From positions 1-31,586 of the forward strand of contig JBBSWH010000017.1 in the NCBI GenBank assembly GCA_038046385.1: 31,586 nucleotides of DNA, read 5' to 3'. Of this stretch, positions 16,796 to 25,758 are shown one piece after another (the first letter of the stretch is position 1; every line of letters starts with the position of its first letter). A program made the translations under genes and the position numbers. Below the pieces are notes generated by a model. It worked only from the letters and a program-made list of their open reading frames with translations. It did no database searches and was not told where the DNA came from. The DNA comes from Nanobdellota archaeon. GTDB lineage: Archaea > Nanobdellota > Nanobdellia > Woesearchaeales > GW2011-AR4.

Positions 16796-17632
16796 ATGAT
16801 TCAGGAGCTGCAAAAGATTTTTCATTCGATAACAAAATCATTGGAGATACTTTACGTTCTGGAAGATGCAAAGCCGTGCGCAAGAATCCTTGTTTTTGAA
16901 GACGAAAAAGACAAAACAGAGCTATTCCTCAAAATAAATTCTTTGCACGTAGTTTTCTCGGATTTCAAGGTTCTGAAACAGAACACCGGAAGCGAATTCT
17001 ACTCTGACAAATCTGTAAAAATACCTAAAGATGATTCAAGAAAAGGGTATTTTATTGCTTATGTATCCGCAAACAAAGATATTTGCGAAAAGGCAAAAAA
17101 AGCAGAAGAAAAAAACAATCATAAACTGCTTGGAAAGGTTCTCGGCTATCCTGAATGCTGCTGCGAATTCTTTGAAAATCATTTTAATGAGAAAAATACT
17201 GATTTAACGCTTAGTGCACTTGAAAATTCAGATGGAATTGAATTTCCTTTTTACCTTAACATAGCTGCAAGGCATTTTGACATCTCACTTTTGAGCCATT
17301 TCCCCCACAGCCTAGACTGCAAGCCGTCAATTGATATTGCAAAAAACAATTTAAAGATAATAAAAAAGAATTCGGAGCAGGTGTCGGAACTGTTTTCCAA
17401 GGTACTCCATTGTGCTGTTGTTTATACAAAAGATGAAGGAATCTTCCTTTTCAGGAGATTTGAAAAAAAGGAAAATGAGCTGATTTACGGCGATGTATTG
17501 GACACCCAGAAAAGCAAATTGTACTATCTTCTTGCATCGAATTCCACGCTTGAAATCATTGACAAGCACAGTTTCGTTGTTGCAGGAGAGCAAATTTCAG
17601 GAAAAAATTATGGGATAATGATTTTCATTTAG
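16796..17632 (+). CDS. DUF483-like protein
   Basis: LGKVLGYPECC..F motif and HFPHS.DC..S. Confidence 0.7.
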   Translation: MIQELQKIFHSITKSLEILYVLEDAKPCARILVFEDEKDKTELFLKINSLHVVFSDFKVLKQNTGSEFYSDKSVKIPKDDSRKGYFIAYVSANKDICEKAKKAEEKNNHKLLGKVLGYPECCCEFFENHFNEKNTDLTLSALENSDGIEFPFYLNIAARHFDISLLSHFPHSLDCKPSIDIAKNNLKIIKKNSEQVSELFSKVLHCAVVYTKDEGIFLFRRFEKKENELIYGDVLDTQKSKLYYLLASNSTLEIIDKHSFVVAGEQISGKNYGIMIFI

Positions 17633-18158
17633 AATACAAAGAAAACCTGCTTCCGTTTATCATAAAATTGCTTTTTTTCTGGAAAATGCTGGGTTCAAAA
17701 TGGTGTCCGTGATGAAGAAGCTTGCCTTTCATCTCCTTGACTAGCTTGTTTTCGATTCCTCTTTCGAGAGGAGCATCTGGCGCAAGGAAAATGATGTCAT
17801 AAGCTCCAAGCTTGTGCTCAAAGAAATCCTTGTTGTGAAAAATAACATTTGAAATTCCTGTTTTCTGCTGCATTTCCAATGCTTTGCTGTGCAAAAAGGC
17901 ATCAATCTCTATTCCCTCTGCCTGTTTGCAGAACAAGGATGCAATCAATGCAATCTTCCCATCTCCGCTTCCAAGATCAAGAAATCTCTTATGCTTCTGC
18001 AGCTTTATTTTTTTGAAGGCGCTGTAGACTTCATCGGATATTGAAGCATTCCAAAATCCCTTTTCCGTGCTCCACATTGGGAGCTTTCCATTTTTCATCA
18101 ATCCCTTGTAGAATTCATCGTATGCGCCCTTTATTTCAAGGAATTTTTTGTCATCCAT
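17625..18158 (-). CDS. Class I SAM-dependent methyltransferase
   Basis: FLDLGSGDG, GIEID and KDFF...YDIIF motifs. Confidence 0.9.
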   Translation of the reverse strand: MDDKKFLEIKGAYDEFYKGLMKNGKLPMWSTEKGFWNASISDEVYSAFKKIKLQKHKRFLDLGSGDGKIALIASLFCKQAEGIEIDAFLHSKALEMQQKTGISNVIFHNKDFFEHKLGAYDIIFLAPDAPLERGIENKLVKEMKGKLLHHGHHFEPSIFQKKSNFMINGSRFSLYSK

Positions 18159-18241
18159 GTAGTTTTAGTAATCAGCAGGTATAAAAATTTAACTATAACC
18201 GCATCAAAACATTTATATTATTGTCAAGATATGTCAATGAT

Positions 18242-18294
18242 GAGGTAGCGTCGAAACCTATTTCGACTGACCTCCTCGTAGACACTCGGAGGTG
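18242..18294 (+). promoter_or_regulatory. Structured 5' leader with alternative anti-SD pairing
   Basis: GAGGT..GTCGAAA/TTTCGAC..ACCTC hairpin. The overlapping CCTCC (18271-18275) can pair with SD GGAGG (18288-18292). TATA ATTTATAT at 18211. Confidence 0.5.
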
Positions 18295-18299
18295 TTTTT

Positions 18300-18911
18300 T
18301 TGCAAGATACATTATTTGACAGAGTAATAAGGTTTCATGAGGTAACTTTAAAAAAATCTTCTGTCAAAGTTCCAAAATTAAGAGCAAGGAAAAAGCAGCT
18401 TTCTGCAAAAGCTTCACAATCAAAAAATGATTCCAATATACCTGTTTCTTCCATAATCAATTTAATAATAAAATCACTGTCTGAAACTAAAAAATCAGAA
18501 ACAACAGAAACAAAACAAGAGCCGGAGATTAAAATCGCTGAAGAAAAGCCTGCTGAATCCGGAGGCTACGGCACAATGCAAAAGAATTACGGAGCTTCTC
18601 CGCAGTCTTCTTACATTGATTATGCAAAATTGTTCAGCTATCTTGGCAAGTTCATAGCCGGAAGCCCTTATGCACAGGATAATTCAGCTTCAAACGGTGC
18701 TGTAAACCCAATGTCATCAAGCACAGGCCTTGTCAGCAAGGAAACAATGGAGAAAGCAGGCCGCTACATCAAATACATGGCAGGCGGCGCAGATTTAGAT
18801 ACACTTTCAATGGTGCCAAAAGCAGGAATGAGTTCTTCAGAATGGGAGAATTTCAAGATGTGGATGAAGCTTGACCCTGTTATGTACAGATTAAAGGTAA
18901 GCACTTCTTAA
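18300..18911 (+). CDS. Hypothetical protein
   Basis: 203 aa with TTG start and SD GGAGGTG; S/K-rich. Confidence 0.7.
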   Translation: MQDTLFDRVIRFHEVTLKKSSVKVPKLRARKKQLSAKASQSKNDSNIPVSSIINLIIKSLSETKKSETTETKQEPEIKIAEEKPAESGGYGTMQKNYGASPQSSYIDYAKLFSYLGKFIAGSPYAQDNSASNGAVNPMSSSTGLVSKETMEKAGRYIKYMAGGADLDTLSMVPKAGMSSSEWENFKMWMKLDPVMYRLKVSTS

Positions 18912-18916
18912 GAATT

Positions 18917-19417
18917 TTACTGCAATCCTGTTTCTTTCGCCAGCTTGTAAAGAATCTGCCTGCTTGAATCAAGCCTGCTGGCGTTTTTCTGGCTTTCTGT
19001 CATGTGCTTTTCTGCAATATTAATACGCTCTCCTATTGTGCCAATGATTGCCACGTGTTCTTCTGAAAGAGGGTTTCCTGTTGCAACAATGCCGTACATC
19101 TCCCTTAACTGAGAATAATCACTGTAAAGCTGATTGACTCCCCTGTATCCAACATCTTCTTCAGCATTTGCAGGGGCAGATGATACTGCGCCTTCAAGAG
19201 AACCGTCAGCAGGGGCAAACAGGCTTGCTATATCGACTTCTTTCTGCTCCGGAGTTATCTCCTCAGCCAATTCTGCTATCTTCAGCTCATGCATTGAGTC
19301 TTTTATGAGTTTGCCTATCTCTTTAGCTTCTTTTTTCCCGTCTTCTTCCATTTCTTTAAGGAGTTTTATTCTTTCCTCTGGAGACAGCTTATTCAGCTCT
19401 TTCTTGTTCAGCTTCAT
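18917..19417 (-). CDS. Hypothetical acidic helical protein
   Basis: 166 aa with N-terminal LSPEERIK.LKE helical segment. Confidence 0.75.
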   Translation of the reverse strand: MKLNKKELNKLSPEERIKLLKEMEEDGKKEAKEIGKLIKDSMHELKIAELAEEITPEQKEVDIASLFAPADGSLEGAVSSAPANAEEDVGYRGVNQLYSDYSQLREMYGIVATGNPLSEEHVAIIGTIGERINIAEKHMTESQKNASRLDSSRQILYKLAKETGLQ

Positions 19418-19479
19418 TATAATATGACGAGAAGAAGAAGAGATATTTATAGGTATACCTTAAAGATTATATAAAAAGT

Positions 19480-19648
19480 AAAGTTAGCATCAATTCGCGA
19501 AGGCATTTTATTGATTTATCCAACATGACAGGGGGAAGCGAATTGAGCAAAGCTCAATTGCTCACTTGAAGCTATGCTTCAAGTTGAGTCCCTTACGGGG
19601 ATGTCATGTATTCTAAAAAGAGGGATAGCCTGAGCCGATGCTAACTTT
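19480..19648 (+). repeat. Foldback element family A, copy 2, with nested multi-hairpin insert
   Basis: AAAGTTAGCATC/GATGCTAACTTT stem and GCGAAGGC/GCCTGAGC core. Inner ACATGACA/TGTCATGT closes three hairpins: AATTGAGC-AAA-GCTCAATT, CTTGAAGC-TAT-GCTTCAAG and CCC-TTACG-GGG. Confidence 0.8.
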
Positions 19649-19663
19649 CAATTTATATTAAGA

Positions 19664-21946
19664 TTACTCTAAAGGAACTGCGCTCCATAATGTCCAGTCA
19701 TTTGAAGGAGCATATCCTCCAAAGACATAATTTGGCGATTTATTCTGCCCGAAGAATGAATACTGGACATCGCCCCATGCCTGCGGAACTCCAGAGCCTT
19801 TAAAGCCCATGCCATACACCGGGCTTCCAAAGAATTTCCATGTTTTCATCAAGCCATGAAAGTCGCTTAAATCTGTTGAAGCATCTGCTCCCGGCTCTAC
19901 TGTTATGGCCTTGTCGTAGCCATATTTCTTTATTGTGGATATTATCTGCTTTATCGGGCTGTTTCCCTGCCCCGGCGCAAGGTGGTCATCATGATAGCCG
20001 TAATTGTCTGCAAGATGTATGTTGCCGACCATGTGCTCCTTTGCAAGGCTTTCAATCGTGTCTACTGCCCATTTGTTGAACGCCAAATCGTTCTGCTCTT
20101 TTGATTTACGCGGATCATCCTGCCAATATTTTCTCCATAGGTTAATGTGGCCTGTGTCAATAGTTGCTTTAACGTGCCTTTCTGCAATTTTTTCAGCTTC
20201 TTCCTTGGTAACGCCAGTATAGTATGGATTAGCCTGCTTCAGCTTTCCGTCTCTCATCATCTTTATTTTTTCTTCTGTCAGCTCTTCAGGCGCCATGCTT
20301 GCTCCGTAAGATATCTCCGGCTGAGTCAGCATATCCACCATCCTTTCTCTGGTTTTCTTGATTATCCACTTCAGCTCTTCAGGATGGCCGCCAAACCTTT
20401 CAGGGAATATGTGCTCCACTGCAAGAACAACAGGATTATTTGGGTCTTTTGTCTTTCTAAAAGCGTGCACTGCTGCCTCTGCATACAGCCTTATTCCCTC
20501 TTTTTCCAGCCTTTTGATTGGAGTTATAATGTGATCCTTTGTTTCATGGGTATCTTTTGCCTGCGCTTCCTGCCCTGCTGCAGTTGACCTTGAAAATTCC
20601 ATTCTTCTTTTGACATCAAATATCTGGCCGTCTATCACTTCGACAGGATCTTTCATCTCTCCAGGAACAAGACCGCCGGTTGCGCCGTAGATTTCTCTGT
20701 CTTCTTTGAATAATTTCCATTGTTCTTCTTTCGGCATTGTTTTTTTGAGATTGGCATAATAATCGCGAAGTTCTGTTAATTTTTTCAGTGCTGCAGTGTC
20801 TCTTTCAGAGTCTTTTGAATATTGCAGCGACCATCCTCTTGCAACGCTTTCCTGGGCATCTAAAGTTGCTTTTACATAAGCTTCTTCAGGGTACATTTTC
20901 TCATAGTAATTTGGCCTTCTTCCCTTGGATTGCTCAAACCACCTGTTGTATTCGTCAGCTTCCTGCTTGAAGTCCTCAAAGGACTTAAGCTGTATATCAA
21001 AAAGCCTTTTATTATGGTCAAATTTCGGAACTCTCCCTTTACTGTGGTCATAAGGATCTTTTATCAATTTGCCTTCATAGTCTACATAATCTCCTTTTCT
21101 GATACTTACCCTGTTTCCGTTTCCATCATTTTCTTCTGAATTATCATATCCTGCGTAATCGCGCTCTGCTTTGTTCCACACGGGATATGCAACCAATCTG
21201 TCTTTCTGCACTGTGTCAATTTTTGCAGAAGTTCTGTCGTCTAATAATTCAAACTTCGCATCAAGCTCTTGCGTGTGCGCCTGCTTGAACAGAAGCCTTC
21301 CGGTTTTATCTCGTGAAAGGTTAAGCCTTCCTGTCTCATCATCAAGATAAATGTCAGTCATCGGCCGCTCGAATTCTCCTGAGTGGATAACAACAGATCC
21401 TCCGCCTAAGTCGGCTTGGAAGTCAATCGCTCTTTTTAATTCAAACAAATCCTGAGTTGCATTGTAGATTGAGAAATTTCCCCTTTCATCACGCCCCATC
21501 AATCCCATTAATTGGAAAGAAGCGTGCGTTGTGAACTTTACTTCATTTGCCATTGACAATTCTCTGATTGCCTGCCTTTGGTCTTCGCCCAACATTTCCG
21601 GTGTTTGCGCGTTCCTGTTTCCGCTCCTGTAGCCAGGAAACTGGATTTCTATATTGCCTGCGCCCATCCTTATCTTGGAATAAATGCCTGCAACGTTTGC
21701 CGCGCTTATTCCCATCGGAACAGACATTCCAATATCTTTTATTCCCAATCCAAGCCCGTAAGAATCATCTTCTCCGCCTGCATGTTTGTGTCCATCGCCT
21801 GCATGATGGTGCCCTCCTCCGACTCCGCCTCCATGAGCGTGTCCATCGTGCCCCGTATGCCCTTCTCCTCCAATATAATTCTGGGAGTCCATTGCGCTGA
21901 AGTAGTCTGTAACAGCAGCCCTGTAATTTTGTTTTCCGAAATCCAT
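19664..21946 (-). CDS. Xylose isomerase/endonuclease IV-like TIM barrel with large insertion and His/Gly-rich N-terminus
   Basis: TTHAS, VVIHSGE, LAVEH, TIDTGH, IHLADN, DDHL and TVEPG motifs. Confidence 0.85.
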   Translation of the reverse strand: MDFGKQNYRAAVTDYFSAMDSQNYIGGEGHTGHDGHAHGGGVGGGHHHAGDGHKHAGGEDDSYGLGLGIKDIGMSVPMGISAANVAGIYSKIRMGAGNIEIQFPGYRSGNRNAQTPEMLGEDQRQAIRELSMANEVKFTTHASFQLMGLMGRDERGNFSIYNATQDLFELKRAIDFQADLGGGSVVIHSGEFERPMTDIYLDDETGRLNLSRDKTGRLLFKQAHTQELDAKFELLDDRTSAKIDTVQKDRLVAYPVWNKAERDYAGYDNSEENDGNGNRVSIRKGDYVDYEGKLIKDPYDHSKGRVPKFDHNKRLFDIQLKSFEDFKQEADEYNRWFEQSKGRRPNYYEKMYPEEAYVKATLDAQESVARGWSLQYSKDSERDTAALKKLTELRDYYANLKKTMPKEEQWKLFKEDREIYGATGGLVPGEMKDPVEVIDGQIFDVKRRMEFSRSTAAGQEAQAKDTHETKDHIITPIKRLEKEGIRLYAEAAVHAFRKTKDPNNPVVLAVEHIFPERFGGHPEELKWIIKKTRERMVDMLTQPEISYGASMAPEELTEEKIKMMRDGKLKQANPYYTGVTKEEAEKIAERHVKATIDTGHINLWRKYWQDDPRKSKEQNDLAFNKWAVDTIESLAKEHMVGNIHLADNYGYHDDHLAPGQGNSPIKQIISTIKKYGYDKAITVEPGADASTDLSDFHGLMKTWKFFGSPVYGMGFKGSGVPQAWGDVQYSFFGQNKSPNYVFGGYAPSNDWTLWSAVPLE

Positions 21947-22095
21947 TTTAGATTTTTTTAATTGAGTTTTATTTTAATTATTGGGTTTTATTATTTTAAT
22001 TTTAATATGTTTTAGTTAATGAAGTGGTTTAATAATTTTCGTTATTGCGTTTGTTTTATTTTTTGATTATTTTTATTATTATTTTTTACAATGTT

Positions 22096-22131
22096 GCGAG
22101 CCGTTGAGCGAGCCTATCTTTCGCCGAAGGC
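22096..22131 (+). repeat. Motif family B, copy 2
   Basis: GCGAGC-CGTTGA-GCGAGC, 9-nt spacer, then GCCGAAGGC. Confidence 0.7.
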
Positions 22132-22171
22132 ATTAATTTTAATTAACAGCTCCAAATAATAAACTTTAAAT

Positions 22172-23578
22172 TTACCAATTAAGCATATCATGCTGCTTCT
22201 TAAAGTGATGGTAAGTTGTCCACATTGTTTTCTTTACAGCGCTCTGCTGCCTCTGCCTTGCAAATGCTGTTTTCATGATGTCTGTCTGCGTTACTCTTTT
22301 CTGCTTCGCCTCTTTGTTCATCTTAAAAGATAAAAATAATTCTGCAAAGCCGTGGAATATTGACATGAAAGGGCCGGGCCTCTTGATGTTTGTTTTCGGA
22401 GCGGGCTTTTTATCCTCAAATTCTTCGCCGGCTTCCTTCAGGTATCTAACTAATTCGTCTCCCAGTGAATCCAATGCAGCCTGAACAGAGCCGTCAATAA
22501 CCCCCAATAGCTGGAAGTCTTCCTGTTCCCTCATTCTTTTGTAGTTTTCAATCTCCTTATCAGTCCAGGCATATGCCCTGAAGTCAATTTCAACCCTTCC
22601 AAGGTGCAACGGCCCTCTTTGGTATTCCTGATTGTAGCTCATTTCCGGCCTTGTTCTGAATAAGTAATGCATCAGTATGCACTGGTTAACTGGGGACCCT
22701 GGTTTTATTGCAAGCAGTTCTATCTCTATCATTGAACTTTCAAAAGCGGCTATTAAATCCGGCATCTCGCTCTTTGTCTGGTCAAGCTGCAGCCTCTGTA
22801 TATTTTTCAGGTAAGGCTTAACCCATGAGACGTACATCCTTATTATCTCAAAATGCTGTCTTAGATATTTTAATGTAAACTTTCTTCTGTTTTTTAGCTC
22901 ATCATATGAATGCTCTTTCCACGCAAGAAATGCCCTTAATTTTCTCTTCAAAACTTCTTTTACTTTCCTGTTGAACTGGCCTCTTTCTCTCTCTGTTACA
23001 ATATCCACATCTTCCTGTTTCTGCGGATGCGTGCTGAAAAACAAGTCAGGCAAAGTTGTAAACTGAACTTCACGTGCCATTCCATAAACTGAAGCCGGGT
23101 TTTTTGCGCCCTGCTCGACCAAGTCAACCCAAATCCCTTTCAGTGTGATTTCTGCGCTCTCTGCGCTTGGGCTGTTTGTAAAGCTGTCATTGTAATAGCT
23201 TAATCTTTCATCAAGAATCCTCATCTCCCTCACAAGCTGGAATAATTCACGCACCATTTTCCCTATTGTAGCTAAAAATTGTGAAACTTTGTCCTGCTGC
23301 AGCCCTATCCTTTGCTGCGATGCTCCAAAGAAAGCAGAATTTTCAGCAGCTGCAAAAACATCCGTTATCTTGTCTATTTTTGGGAAGCCTCCAAAGTATC
23401 TCATGTAATGCAAAGTCCAGAAATAAGGCTCTTCTATCGAGATGTTATATCCTTCGTAATGAAGCCTGTACCTTCTTGTGGGCTTAGGATATCCTGTCCT
23501 TATCTTGGATCCTCTAAACTCCTCGCTTTCCTCTGTTTCGTCGAATCCAAATTTCTTAAGATCAGCTTCAGTTACCAT
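22172..23578 (-). CDS. Uncharacterised 468-aa soluble helical protein
   Basis: Long ORF with SD GAGG, helical/coiled-coil stretches and an amphipathic segment PFMSIFHGFAELFLSF near the C-terminus. Confidence 0.85.
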   Translation of the reverse strand: MVTEADLKKFGFDETEESEEFRGSKIRTGYPKPTRRYRLHYEGYNISIEEPYFWTLHYMRYFGGFPKIDKITDVFAAAENSAFFGASQQRIGLQQDKVSQFLATIGKMVRELFQLVREMRILDERLSYYNDSFTNSPSAESAEITLKGIWVDLVEQGAKNPASVYGMAREVQFTTLPDLFFSTHPQKQEDVDIVTERERGQFNRKVKEVLKRKLRAFLAWKEHSYDELKNRRKFTLKYLRQHFEIIRMYVSWVKPYLKNIQRLQLDQTKSEMPDLIAAFESSMIEIELLAIKPGSPVNQCILMHYLFRTRPEMSYNQEYQRGPLHLGRVEIDFRAYAWTDKEIENYKRMREQEDFQLLGVIDGSVQAALDSLGDELVRYLKEAGEEFEDKKPAPKTNIKRPGPFMSIFHGFAELFLSFKMNKEAKQKRVTQTDIMKTAFARQRQQSAVKKTMWTTYHHFKKQHDMLNW

Positions 23579-23623
23579 CTATCCTCTTTTTTTGTTGTTG
23601 TATTCATTTTACTCTTTAAATGA

Positions 23624-25309
23624 TTATGCATGAATCGGATGGCTGTGGCCAAGAGAAGCTCTTCTTTTGAGCTCTTCAAGATGGTACAATTTGTTGTTTA
23701 CCATCCTGTTAACATCTGTGCCAAATGTCTCGAGTATCAATGAAACATGCTCTCCGCCAAGGAAATGCGGAAGTATGACATAATCTGCGCCTGCGTCGTA
23801 AAGCTCAAGCGCATCATCTATCTGGCTTCCTGTGACAAAAATAGCTGCTTTGCTGTTTAATTTTCTTGTTTCCCGTATCAGCAGAACATTATCTTCTTTA
23901 TCAGGCACTGTTGAGATTATCATTGACGCGTTTTTTAAGTCAAGCCTTTCCATTATTTCAGGATCGCTGGCATCGCCGTAAAAGCACGGAACTTTCTCAT
24001 CTATCAGCATCTTTACCGTTTCCGGATTGAAGTCAACAACAACATAGTCCTTTTTTATTTTCTTAAGGCTTTTAACTATGCTGTAGCCTATCCTGTTGTA
24101 GCCGCACAGCACTACAAAGTTCTTCATCTTCTTAGGCATGTACTCAAGTTCCTTGTAACCTTTAGAAAACCTGCTAAAAATACCCAGCATAGGCGCAAAG
24201 AGATTGTAGATGCTGTTGGAGTAATTTATAAGATAAGGGGTCATGACTATTGTGACAACTGCAAGCAGCACTGTTGCAGAGAAAAGTTCCTGCGATATGT
24301 GCCCCAGTATCATTCCCTGCGCAGCCAGTATAAGCGAAAATTCTGAAATCTGCGCCAAAGACAGCGACGCTGCAAAAGATGTTTTTTTGCTGTATCCGAA
24401 CATTGAGCATATCAGCATAACTACAAGCGGCTTAAGTAAAAGCACCAATGCAATAAACACAATCAGCGGCTTAAGTATGCTGCTCAATGAGCTGATAGAC
24501 AGCTGCATTCCCAAAGACACAAAAAACAATACAGAAAAAAAGTCCCTCAATGGCTTTATTTTTCCGACTATCTCTGCATTATACGGGCTCTTTAACACTA
24601 TTCCTGCCATAAAAGCCCCGACTGCAATTGAAAATCCTATGTAGTCTGCAATTATTGAAAACAAAAATGCTACTCCAAGGGACGCTATGAACAGCAGTTC
24701 CTGCGACGATGCTGCGAACTTGAACAGGTGAGGAAGAACATATTTTCCCGCTGCAAATGCAACTGCAAAAACAGCAACACCCTTGATTAACGATACTAAA
24801 ATTCCCGATGAATGCCCCAAAAGGGACATGACCAATATTGCGATTATATCCTGCAGCAATAAAATCCCAATTATTATTCTCCCATGCAGCGTGTCAACTT
24901 CTCTTTTGTCAGACAGCAGCTTGACGACAACCATTGTTGAGCTGAAAGCGATTATCAGCCCAAAATAAAACGCCTCTATGCTTTTCATTCCAATCAGCAT
25001 TGTTGCTGCAAAAGCAAGGGCAAACACAATCACCATTTGCAGCATTCCCCCCATTGTTGCAACCTGCCCGACATCTTTCAGCTTTTTTATGTCAATTTCC
25101 AGCCCGACAATAAATAACAGAAATGCTATTCCTATTTCTGAAAGGCTCTTGATGCTTCCCAAATCAGTTATGACTCCCAAGTACGGCCCTAAAAGTATTC
25201 CTGCAAGCACATACGCAAGTATCAGCGGCTGTTTCAGCAGCCTTGCTATGTAAGCAAACAGCGTCGATATTATTACTATGAATCCAATATCAAAAAACAT
25301 GCTTTGCAT
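23624..25309 (-). CDS. Kef-type K+/H+ antiporter (CPA2 plus TrkA-N/RCK)
   Basis: GIAFLLFIVGLE, AFSSTMVVVK, ILLLQD, FFVSLG and QISEFS motifs; C-terminal LCGYNRIG, YGDASD and GADYVI. ATG at 25309 is preferred. Confidence 0.93.
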   Translation of the reverse strand: MQSMFFDIGFIVIISTLFAYIARLLKQPLILAYVLAGILLGPYLGVITDLGSIKSLSEIGIAFLLFIVGLEIDIKKLKDVGQVATMGGMLQMVIVFALAFAATMLIGMKSIEAFYFGLIIAFSSTMVVVKLLSDKREVDTLHGRIIIGILLLQDIIAILVMSLLGHSSGILVSLIKGVAVFAVAFAAGKYVLPHLFKFAASSQELLFIASLGVAFLFSIIADYIGFSIAVGAFMAGIVLKSPYNAEIVGKIKPLRDFFSVLFFVSLGMQLSISSLSSILKPLIVFIALVLLLKPLVVMLICSMFGYSKKTSFAASLSLAQISEFSLILAAQGMILGHISQELFSATVLLAVVTIVMTPYLINYSNSIYNLFAPMLGIFSRFSKGYKELEYMPKKMKNFVVLCGYNRIGYSIVKSLKKIKKDYVVVDFNPETVKMLIDEKVPCFYGDASDPEIMERLDLKNASMIISTVPDKEDNVLLIRETRKLNSKAAIFVTGSQIDDALELYDAGADYVILPHFLGGEHVSLILETFGTDVNRMVNNKLYHLEELKRRASLGHSHPIHA

Positions 25310-25310
25310 A

Positions 25311-25457
25311 TTATTCAAAAATTCTCAGTGATTCATCCTCCCTCGATTTTCTTGACCTCTCGCTCAAGTTCAGCTCTATAACGTCGCTGTTCTTCAGCAT
25401 GTTTTCCATCTCGTTTTTGGTCTTTCCCAAAATCGCCGCCAAATCTTCAATTCTCAT
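25311..25457 (-). CDS. Small protein (48 aa), possible HTH-like N-terminus; missed by the ORF track
   Basis: MRIEDLAAILGKTKNEMENMLKNSDVIELNLSERSRKSREDESLRIFE*. Tightly packed between both neighbours. Confidence 0.7.
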   Translation of the reverse strand: MRIEDLAAILGKTKNEMENMLKNSDVIELNLSERSRKSREDESLRIFE

Positions 25458-25613
25458 TCAACCACCGCCTTTCTTCTTTATTTCCAATATGAAGCCCTCT
25501 CGGTGCTTCTTGAATTCCATTTCCATCCCTTTTTTTAGCCCCTCGTACTGCGCTAAAAGTTTTGGAATAGTGATTATGAGCTGGCCAGAAGGGAGTTTTT
25601 GTATTTTTACCAT
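25458..25613 (-). CDS. AbrB/MazE/SpoVT-type DNA-binding protein (51 aa); missed by the ORF track
   Basis: MVKIQKLPSGQLIITIPKLLAQYEGLKKGMEMEFKKHREGFILEIKKKGGG*, matching the GQ..ITIPK.....G...G....F swapped-hairpin pattern. Confidence 0.8.
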   Translation of the reverse strand: MVKIQKLPSGQLIITIPKLLAQYEGLKKGMEMEFKKHREGFILEIKKKGGG

Positions 25614-25758
25614 CGGTATACTATTATTTTTAATGGTTTATTTAATATTCTAAGATATGTTTAAGAAAATACTTTAATTAATAGTATTTAAAGCTTACGG
25701 TTTTGGCGGTTTGAGGAGAAAGGCTATTTTTATAAAGGGAAAATGGTTATTTTGAAGC

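Noticed and set aside
18222-18275. Hammerhead ribozyme, fluoride riboswitch or C/D box sRNA suggested by ATGATGA...GAAA...CTGA
   Set aside because: The core reads ATGATGA rather than CTGATGA and stems I and III cannot be formed. The fluoride pseudoknot and CTGATG segment are absent. The C-to-D span is only about 34 nt with no terminal stem.
19523-19609. tRNA gene suggested by cloverleaf shape
   Set aside because: There is no TTCRA T-loop, no D-loop GG and no 7-nt anticodon loop.
21947-22090. DGR template repeat suggested by A-richness
   Set aside because: No matching variable repeat differing only at adenines and no reverse transcriptase were seen in the window.
25311-25613. Type II toxin-antitoxin pair
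   Set aside because: The ORF downstream of the AbrB-like gene shows no PIN, MazF or RelE features and is only 48 aa.
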